Of a stretch of 32,351 bases of DNA, positions 25,508-32,351 are shown piece after piece (the stretch's first letter is position 1; each line of letters starts with the position of its first letter). This stretch comes from Elusimicrobiota bacterium. Lineage in GTDB: Bacteria; Elusimicrobiota; Endomicrobiia; Endomicrobiales; JBDRNC01. The notes beneath the pieces were generated by a model, which made no database searches, was not told where the DNA came from, and saw only the letters and a program-made list of their open reading frames with translations. The translations under genes and the position numbers were made by a program. Location: contig JBDRNC010000030.1 of assembly GCA_043811535.1 (NCBI GenBank), positions 1 to 32,351 of the forward strand. Direction: 5' to 3'.

Positions 25508-26938
25508 ATGACCATAAAATCGCGGTTGTTTATCACGTTTTTCGTGCTGGTTTCCCTTGTAGTGCTGATGGGGACGGTGCTTGTTGTCTTCGGAGTGAAG
25601 AATAAAGGGTTGTCCGAACAGAGCATGCTTTATTATTCGCGGCTTTTTTTCTGGCGCGAGATATACCAGGCTTTCGATCTTCAATCCAGAAGCTTGAAGT
25701 ATTACGTCATCCTGGGCGACAACAGCGAAAAGGACCGCTACCGCGAGCAGTTCGACTTGATAAAAAAGCGCGTTTCAGAGGTCCAGCAGCCCGATGAAGA
25801 CCTCACCGCGTGGATACTGGAGTATAATGAGTTGAACGGCATAGTTGAAAAGAATTTCTACTCTAAATCCAGGGAGAAGCTCTTTGACAGTTTTTCGACG
25901 GACATCTCAAAGAGAAACACCAGGATGAAGACCGCTCTTGAAGCATCCATTAAGAATAACCAGGAAATACTCGACAGTATCGAAAGGAAGATACTGGAAC
26001 TGAATACATTCAGCTTCATTTTCTCGTTTTCCACTGGAATCCTCGCGATACTGATGGGCGGATTCATGAGCGTCCTGATCTTCAGGTCAATAGCAAGACC
26101 CTTGAGCGTGCTCCAGAAAGGGACGAAAATAATCGGCGAAGGAAACCTGGACTACCAGATTCCTATTGAGAGCGGCGATGAAATAGGACAACTCGCGAAG
26201 AGCTTCAATCAGATGGTGCAGAACCTTCATAACCTGCAGCTGCAGATCATACAGATGGACAGGATGTCATCCATAGGTCAGCTGGCCGGAGGGGTCGCGC
26301 ACGAGATCAACAATCCCCTGACAGGCGTGCTCGGGCAGGCCCAGCTTCTTCTTGAAAAATACCCGCAGGGCCATCCCCACAGGCCCCTCGTGGAAAGGAT
26401 AGAATCCGCGGCCCAGAGATGCAGGAGGATTGTGCGCGCTCTGCTGGATTTCGCCCGCGATAAGAACTATAACTTCTATTCGACGGATATCCACAAGCTT
26501 ATGTTGGAAACGCTGGATTTCACGAAAACTGAAATGGAATCAAGAAAAATAGACTTAAACAATCATATTCCGGTTGAGCTTCCTCAGCTGAAAATCTCGT
26601 CCGGGCATATCCAACAGGTTTTCCTCAACATCATAAGCAACGCGATACACGCGATGCCGGGCGGAGGGAAACTTACTATTTCAGCGGCTGTCTCAAAAAA
26701 TTTCATGGAAATAGCGTTCACCGATACGGGCATGGGGATAAAAAGGGAAAATGTGGGCCACGTTTTCGATCCGTTCTTCACAACAAAAGAAATAGGAAAA
26801 GGCACCGGCCTCGGCCTTACGATCAGTTACGGAATTATTCAAAGGCATAACGGGGAAATAATCGCAAAAAGCGAAGGCGAAGGGAAAGGATCCTCATTTA
26901 CGGTAAGGTTGCCGGTGAGCGCAGATAGTCGCAGATAG
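25508..26938 (+). CDS. Membrane sensor histidine kinase (2 TM, HAMP, HisKA, HATPase; NtrB-like)
   Basis: DEIGQLAKSFNQM (HAMP), GVAHEINNPL (H box), QVFLNIISNA, DTGMGI, FDPFFTTK, GTGLGL. Confidence 0.96.
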   Translation: MTIKSRLFITFFVLVSLVVLMGTVLVVFGVKNKGLSEQSMLYYSRLFFWREIYQAFDLQSRSLKYYVILGDNSEKDRYREQFDLIKKRVSEVQQPDEDLTAWILEYNELNGIVEKNFYSKSREKLFDSFSTDISKRNTRMKTALEASIKNNQEILDSIERKILELNTFSFIFSFSTGILAILMGGFMSVLIFRSIARPLSVLQKGTKIIGEGNLDYQIPIESGDEIGQLAKSFNQMVQNLHNLQLQIIQMDRMSSIGQLAGGVAHEINNPLTGVLGQAQLLLEKYPQGHPHRPLVERIESAAQRCRRIVRALLDFARDKNYNFYSTDIHKLMLETLDFTKTEMESRKIDLNNHIPVELPQLKISSGHIQQVFLNIISNAIHAMPGGGKLTISAAVSKNFMEIAFTDTGMGIKRENVGHVFDPFFTTKEIGKGTGLGLTISYGIIQRHNGEIIAKSEGEGKGSSFTVRLPVSADSRR

Positions 26939-27052
26939 AATACGCAGATTTTCACAGATGAAAAACACAGATTGACGCAGATAGAATACGCGGATTATCG
27001 CAAATAAGAAACGCAGATTAACGCAGATAAGAAGCGCAGATTCACACAGATA
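26920..27052 (+). repeat. CGCAGAT/CACAGAT repeat tract, left flank of the GxxExxY gene
   Basis: About 10 copies of (a)cgcagat-like units. Confidence 0.85.
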
Positions 27053-27068
27053 ATAAAAGGGGGATGGA

Positions 27069-27455
27069 ATGGGGGAAAAAGAGTTTTATTATAAGGAGCT
27101 AAGTTACAGGATAAGGGGCGCATTCTTTCAAGTATATAATACGCTTGGACCGGGGCAAAAAGAAGTCGTATATCATAATGCCTTAACTCATGAGTTTAAG
27201 CTTTCAAACATACAGTTTGATATTAACAAAAAGTTTGCGGTAAAATATAAAGGGGGCGTTGTAGGTTTCTATCAGCCTGATTTCATTGTTGATAATAAAG
27301 TAATAGTTGAAATTAAGGCAATTCCAAATCTAATCAGGTTAAATGAATTACAGGTCTTTTATTATATTAGAAATATGGAACAGAAACTTGCCTTTTTGGT
27401 CAACTTTGGAGCCGAAAAACTTGAAATAAAACGAATTGTTAAAAAAACCGAATAA
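27069..27455 (+). CDS. GxxExxY protein (PD-(D/E)XK nuclease-like)
   Basis: LGPGQKEVVY motif, PDFIVDNKVIVEIKA, LVNFG; AT-rich. Confidence 0.92.
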   Translation: MGEKEFYYKELSYRIRGAFFQVYNTLGPGQKEVVYHNALTHEFKLSNIQFDINKKFAVKYKGGVVGFYQPDFIVDNKVIVEIKAIPNLIRLNELQVFYYIRNMEQKLAFLVNFGAEKLEIKRIVKKTE

Positions 27456-27464
27456 CAGAAGTTA

Positions 27465-27620
27465 TATCTGCGCCAATCTGTGTTTTTGTTATTTATATCT
27501 GAGGTAATCTGCGTAAGGTCGTATTTGCGCGTATTTGAGTTGTTCTTTATCTGAGGTAATCTGCGTATGACTGTATCTGCGTATATTTGAGTTGTTCTTT
27601 ATTTGAGGTAATCTGCGTAT
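27465..27620 (+). repeat. ATCTGCG repeat tract, right flank of the GxxExxY gene (complementary to the left tract)
   Basis: atctgcg/atttgcg units; ~38-bp direct duplication at 27531 and 27583. Confidence 0.85.
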
Positions 27621-27983
27621 ATGAAGAAAATAGTCGTCATCGAAGACGATCCGGATGTCACGCTTGTCCTTCAGGAGCTATTTCCAGCGCCTGAATATGA
27701 GGGTCATTATTTCACGTCAGGAACAAAAGCGATACCCCGGATAGAGGAAATCCTGCCGGACCTTGTCATAATGGATCTCATGATGCCCAGCATGAGCGGG
27801 TTTGAAATATGCCAGCAATTGAAACGTTCGGGCAAGACAAGGAACATACCGCTTGTAGCCATAACCGGTTATGATTCACGCGACAACAGGCTGAAAATAT
27901 TCGCGGCAGGCATTGACGACTACCTGCCGAAGCCCTTTGACGTAAAGGTGCTTATGAAAAAAATAAAAGCGTTGATTAGTTAA
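27621..27983 (+). CDS. Single-domain response regulator (CheY-like receiver)
   Basis: VIEDD, PDLVIMDLMMPSMSG, AITG, DDYLPKPF. Confidence 0.95.
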   Translation: MKKIVVIEDDPDVTLVLQELFPAPEYEGHYFTSGTKAIPRIEEILPDLVIMDLMMPSMSGFEICQQLKRSGKTRNIPLVAITGYDSRDNRLKIFAAGIDDYLPKPFDVKVLMKKIKALIS

Positions 27984-28000
27984 GCAAATATTGATAAAAT
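27972..28000 (+). promoter_or_regulatory. Possible sigma70-like promoter for the large downstream gene
   Basis: TTGATT-17 bp-TAAAAT with extended TG. Confidence 0.35.
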
Positions 28001-28012
28001 AGAGTACAATAA

Positions 28013-28155
28013 TATGGTTAAATGGATAACTATCAATGGCTATATGGCTTGATGGCTAAATGGCTTTAACAGACTAAATGGCTATACAGATAAATGGCCA
28101 AACGGCTAAATGGTTTAGACGTTAACAATATAGCCATAAAGCAATATAGCCATTT
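28013..28155. repeat. Octamer-periodic inverted-repeat element
   Basis: atggttaaatgg...gctaaatgg...ggtttagacgttaacaatatagccat...tagccattt. Confidence 0.85.
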
Positions 28156-28172
28156 ATGAATCAATTATTATC

Positions 28173-31100
28173 ATGAACAGGCAAATTGCAGTTAAATCAT
28201 CGAAGTTAATCATATGCAAACCAGGGAAGATGCTCGCCTGCTTGCTTCTGTTTGCTTCCATCTTCTTTCTTCCTTCTTCCGTCTTATTCGCTCTCGACTG
28301 GTCCGAAAGCGTTGTTACTGATTTCAGCGACGGAATATTCAGTAAAACAACTTCCACGGTGGATTCGCCGGAAATCAAGATTATGGGCATTTCCGACTGG
28401 TATGATGCCGACTGGGGTTTCAGGCAGCCCATAACGCTGTTGTACTCGCAGAACGTGGTGGACCATCAATCAAGACTCGACATGGGCTCCATGATAAAGA
28501 ACCTTGTAGGCAGCGGAAGGATCAGGCCTGACGGAGCGGACATCAGATTCACGGATTCCGACGGGACATCGCTTATACCCTACTGGGTAGACCTGTCAAC
28601 CGACGTGCTGGGCACCGCAACCACAACACAGATATGGATAAAAATACCGTCGGCAACCGCCAGCACGATAAAGACGATTTTCATGTATTACAGCAATCCT
28701 TCAACAGCAACTATCTTTTCAGACAGGAACACAGTTGATGACCTTTTTGAGGATTGGGAAACCGGCATATTAGATACTACAAAATGGTCGCAAGGCGGCG
28801 CGGCGAATTTTTCGATAACCGCTTCATCCAAGCAAGGCGGAAATTATGCCGTTAGAAGTGGGGCTATAACTCATACGCAGGAATCCTTGCTTGAGAAGAC
28901 TCTTAATCTTACGGACTCCGCCAATTTGACCTTTTACTGGGCAGCATCCTCCGAAATTACATTTGACAGTGACTTTATCGTTTTCCTGGTTGATTCGGTG
29001 GAAAATCCGCCTCAAGCATGCCGCGTTTACGGCCAACAGCAGTGGGTCTCGCGCACTGTGTCATTACCCGCGGGAAACAGGACGCTTACGTGGCGTTATA
29101 CCAAAAAGAACAGCGGTGATTACGCCTATATCGGATTAGACAGGACTTGGGTTGACAGCATAAGCATCAGAAAATCAGCCCCGCAGCCAACCGTTGACTT
29201 GACGGAATCGATAGAATTTTACGGCCAGGAAATATATTCCAACGGCAGTTACTATTCGAACGTCAATAATACGGGGGCTGAGAATTCTATTTTACGTAAA
29301 GCAACTTGGTCGTATATCTCAAACGGCGGAAGCATGGCCGTCGCTGTCAGGTATTCTAATACTGAATTTGCCTCAATCGACGGGTCTCCCGGATGGAACG
29401 CGGTAATCAACGGAGCCAACCTGAATTATCAGGGCCAATACATGCAATACAAGGTGGACCTTAATGCCAATTCCGGCGGCACTACGGCTCCGATTCTTCT
29501 CGGAATTAATTTGAATTATGATGTTCCTCCCACAAGGCCGACACGTTTCCAGGGCACCGCGATATCTTCAAATGCCATCAACTGGGAATGGGAAGACAAT
29601 TCCAAAAACGAACTGGGATTCCGGATCTATTCTTCGACAAAAGACATCTCGGGCTACGCTCCAAGCGGATTCTTCAGTTCTTCAACAGTTGACGGCCTGC
29701 TTTACAATATCTCGGACGACACGACTTTCTATTTAGAAGAGAACCTTGTCCCAAACTTGCACTACAACCGCTTTCTGGTGGCATACAGCACGGTCGGATG
29801 CAATATCTCCAGGATCGTGAACGTTTCATCTCCTATCGCTACGTATGATACCGTGACCTGGGGACAAATTCCCCAGATCAACGCTGAAAAATTCAAGTGG
29901 GATACGAACGATCCCGTAGGGGATCCGGGTGACAATTTTCATTACGATACGATTTCTACGGAAACTTTCACCACCAACTCCACGTTTTATTTTACGAGCA
30001 ATATTTTTTCCACGGGTCCCGCAAGAGCAGAATATTACCGTGTCGTATGGGATACGAACAGCACCCGCGCGTGGATAAACAGCGAGACTCTCTGGTACGC
30101 CCCGACAAATTTCGTTTATAATAACGTGACGGGCAATACGGCAAGCGGAAAACCTCAGCTCGCAAAATGGCTGAGCTTAAATACGACTTCGGCGTATTTC
30201 CACGTCAAATCGTATAACCAGTCAAACGTCGGGTCCGGAGCAGTGGACGTCGGGCCCTTCTATTTCAACGGCTGCCCTTCGCGTATTACCGACCTTCTGG
30301 CGACGGCCAGCACGACAGAGGAAGGCGCAATTCATCTTACATGGACCGCGCCTTTCGCTAATTCGACATTCACCAGCATCTCAAACGGGACCTATATTCT
30401 CAAGTGGGCCAATACTCTTATCAACTCTGAAAATCAATTCAATTCCGCCCCGTACGGCCTGACAATGACGACATCCGTGACTGCCGGCCTTCCGTCAAGG
30501 TACACGATAACCGGATTGACGCCGGGACAGCAGTATTGCTTTTCCATAAAAACCTTTGACTCCGATAATAATTTCAGCACTTTCGGGACAAATGATGAAA
30601 ATGTGCTATATACCCTGACCAATGCGGCGAAAGTAGCGAAGATAGTTTTCAAGAATAACCAGATGACGAATTTTGTCGGACTTCCTTCTTCGGCGCTAAG
30701 CATTGAATGCCAGGATTCAAGCGACAATCCGTTGAAATTGTTCCAAAACCACCAATTGCTGCTTAAAAGAGACGGGGTCCAGGTAATAAACGCGAACAGG
30801 GGTTTTTCAGAAGACATCGACCCATGGGCCCCCACCGATTCCGTTACCATACTGCAAGGATTCTATTCCGCGCAGTTCTATTACAAGGATGACACGGCGG
30901 GAATCCATACCATGAACGTAAGCAATCCCGGCGACCCATTGTGGACCGAGGCCTCTCAGGACATCAATATCCTGCCGGGAAAAGCGGCCACTTTCGTCAT
31001 GGACGCCGTCACTAGCCAGGATATAGGCACCAAGGCGAATATTACCGTAAAAGCTAACGACGGCTACAGCGCCTCAAACATATCGCAGGATTATGTCGGA

Positions 31101-32351
31101 GGCGTCGCGGCTACGGTAACCCTGAACGGTTCCCAGCTCTCGCCTCCCACGCATTATTTCACGCTCGCGGACGCCGGGCAGAAAATATTTGAATGGCAGA
31201 ACACGAGCGTCGCCGGCTCGGGAGTGTTTTCGGTCACGGAGAATATCACCCAGGCGTTTAACGACATCAAATTCATAACCTTGAACGGAGCATACATTTC
31301 CGCCAGCCAGGGAATGATCAAAAGGACCATCGACGGCGGCACAAAATGGTTCGCCGTGAATTCTACCGGAACAGGCAGCAACCTGCGCTCAATAGCCGTG
31401 GACGACTCCTACAATTACGTGCTCGGAGCCGGAAATTCAGGCATAGTTGCCATAAGCACCGACGCGACACAGTCGTTCAGGAGCATTGACACCGGCATCG
31501 GAGAAGACCTGTACGGGATATTCTTTGTGGACGTGTCAACGGTATACGCCTGCGGCGATAACGGGAAAATAATAAAGTCCACGGATTTCGGCGAAACATG
31601 GAGCGCGAATATCGGCCCCGGAGCCGAAACGAACAGGTTCAATTCGCTCTATTTCGTGAACGCATCAACGGGATATGCCTGCGGCAACGCGGGCAAGGCG
31701 TACAAGACCGATGACGGCGGAGCGTCATGGAGTTCCATCGACCCGGCGGGTGCCGGAGCCTTGAACCTGCTCAGGATACAGTTCCTGGACGACGATAACG
31801 GCCACATAAGCGCAACCGGAGGAAAGGTATTTAACACTGTTAACGGAGGAACGGACTGGACAAGCCCGGCCAATGTTGGAGACGCCCCGGCCGCTACGGA
31901 ATTCAAGGCCATGCACTTCTACGACGCGAACACCGGTTTCGTAGGCGGCACGGACAGAAGAATATACAAGACAATTGACGGCGGATCAACGTGGTCCATA
32001 AGTTTTTCATCGTCGGCAACGCTGGAAATTCGCGGGATATCGTTTGTCAAGGGCGATACGAACATCGTGCTTGCCGTCGGGGTCAACGGTTCCGTATACA
32101 GAACAACGGACGGAGGAATAAACTGGAACCAGATAACCATGACCGCGCAATCCGGCGTGATAAACTGGAACGGCCTTGTGCTTAACGCCCAGTCTATCGC
32201 CACCCAGCTGCTGCAGGGCAGGGACAGGCAGGCGGCGGTTAAAATAACCGCCAAAACCATGTTCGGAGGGTCGTCAAGAATCACCGCGTTCAAGGTATAT
32301 CTGTCGGGCGGCACAGGAGACGGGAGCGATATAAAATACGTCAAGCTGTAC
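28173..32351 (+). CDS. Very large secreted protein (partial, >1390 aa): DUF2341 domain, FN3/Ig-like domains, YCF48/BNR-like beta-propeller
   Basis: Hand translation of parts: MNRQ...FFLPSSVLFA signal; WYDADWGFRQPI, DGADIRFTDSDG..LIPYWV, IWIKIP and IFMYYSNP (DUF2341); LTWTAP...TGLTPGQQY (FN3); repeated T.DGG..W (BNR). Start and end are in the same frame; missing from the ORF track, consistent with no stop before the window end. Confidence 0.85.
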   Translation, partial: MNRQIAVKSSKLIICKPGKMLACLLLFASIFFLPSSVLFALDWSESVVTDFSDGIFSKTTSTVDSPEIKIMGISDWYDADWGFRQPITLLYSQNVVDHQSRLDMGSMIKNLVGSGRIRPDGADIRFTDSDGTSLIPYWVDLSTDVLGTATTTQIWIKIPSATASTIKTIFMYYSNPSTATIFSDRNTVDDLFEDWETGILDTTKWSQGGAANFSITASSKQGGNYAVRSGAITHTQESLLEKTLNLTDSANLTFYWAASSEITFDSDFIVFLVDSVENPPQACRVYGQQQWVSRTVSLPAGNRTLTWRYTKKNSGDYAYIGLDRTWVDSISIRKSAPQPTVDLTESIEFYGQEIYSNGSYYSNVNNTGAENSILRKATWSYISNGGSMAVAVRYSNTEFASIDGSPGWNAVINGANLNYQGQYMQYKVDLNANSGGTTAPILLGINLNYDVPPTRPTRFQGTAISSNAINWEWEDNSKNELGFRIYSSTKDISGYAPSGFFSSSTVDGLLYNISDDTTFYLEENLVPNLHYNRFLVAYSTVGCNISRIVNVSSPIATYDTVTWGQIPQINAEKFKWDTNDPVGDPGDNFHYDTISTETFTTNSTFYFTSNIFSTGPARAEYYRVVWDTNSTRAWINSETLWYAPTNFVYNNVTGNTASGKPQLAKWLSLNTTSAYFHVKSYNQSNVGSGAVDVGPFYFNGCPSRITDLLATASTTEEGAIHLTWTAPFANSTFTSISNGTYILKWANTLINSENQFNSAPYGLTMTTSVTAGLPSRYTITGLTPGQQYCFSIKTFDSDNNFSTFGTNDENVLYTLTNAAKVAKIVFKNNQMTNFVGLPSSALSIECQDSSDNPLKLFQNHQLLLKRDGVQVINANRGFSEDIDPWAPTDSVTILQGFYSAQFYYKDDTAGIHTMNVSNPGDPLWTEASQDINILPGKAATFVMDAVTSQDIGTKANITVKANDGYSASNISQDYVGGVAATVTLNGSQLSPPTHYFTLADAGQKIFEWQNTSVAGSGVFSVTENITQAFNDIKFITLNGAYISASQGMIKRTIDGGTKWFAVNSTGTGSNLRSIAVDDSYNYVLGAGNSGIVAISTDATQSFRSIDTGIGEDLYGIFFVDVSTVYACGDNGKIIKSTDFGETWSANIGPGAETNRFNSLYFVNASTGYACGNAGKAYKTDDGGASWSSIDPAGAGALNLLRIQFLDDDNGHISATGGKVFNTVNGGTDWTSPANVGDAPAATEFKAMHFYDANTGFVGGTDRRIYKTIDGGSTWSISFSSSATLEIRGISFVKGDTNIVLAVGVNGSVYRTTDGGINWNQITMTAQSGVINWNGLVLNAQSIATQLLQGRDRQAAVKITAKTMFGGSSRITAFKVYLSGGTGDGSDIKYVKLY

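Noticed and set aside
1..32351. tRNA, rRNA or known riboswitch
   Set aside because: No cloverleaf, rRNA or riboswitch consensus recognised by eye; a covariance-model search was not possible

Overview
Bacterial window in which every gene I could support lies on the + strand. The gene content (FN3 proteins with FlgD/CHU_C-type C-termini, a PorP/PorV-like barrel, a DUF2341 protein) suggests Elusimicrobiota, but that is inference. 1-8.2 kb is housekeeping: S41 protease, divergent polysaccharide deacetylase, tsaD, a PrsA-like PPIase, dusB, and larB/larC split by a REP-associated tyrosine transposase (RAYT) with its GTAG palindromes. 8.3-11.9 kb is an AT-rich GT-C-like membrane protein followed by a GT2-methyltransferase fusion. 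12.1-25.1 kb is an unannotated-looking surface cluster: four paralogous secreted pilin/WxL-like subunits, two paralogous tandem-Ig chaperone-like proteins, a large FN3 protein with a T9SS type-B-like C-terminal domain (CTD), a PorP/PorV-like barrel and a CTD-only protein. Inside this cluster is a ~0.9 kb non-coding hairpin array (15.6-16.5 kb). Eight of its hairpins, in about five unrelated stem types, share the apical motif CTC-TGCGGG-GAG, and a sigma70-like promoter lies upstream. 25-28 kb holds a GIY-YIG nuclease with REP-like palindromes and a two-component pair interrupted by a repeat-flanked GxxExxY gene. A >1390 aa secreted DUF2341/FN3/YCF48-like protein, absent from the ORF track, runs off the end. 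Intergenic DNA carries at least five repeat families. All calls are by eye; no searches or folding were run.
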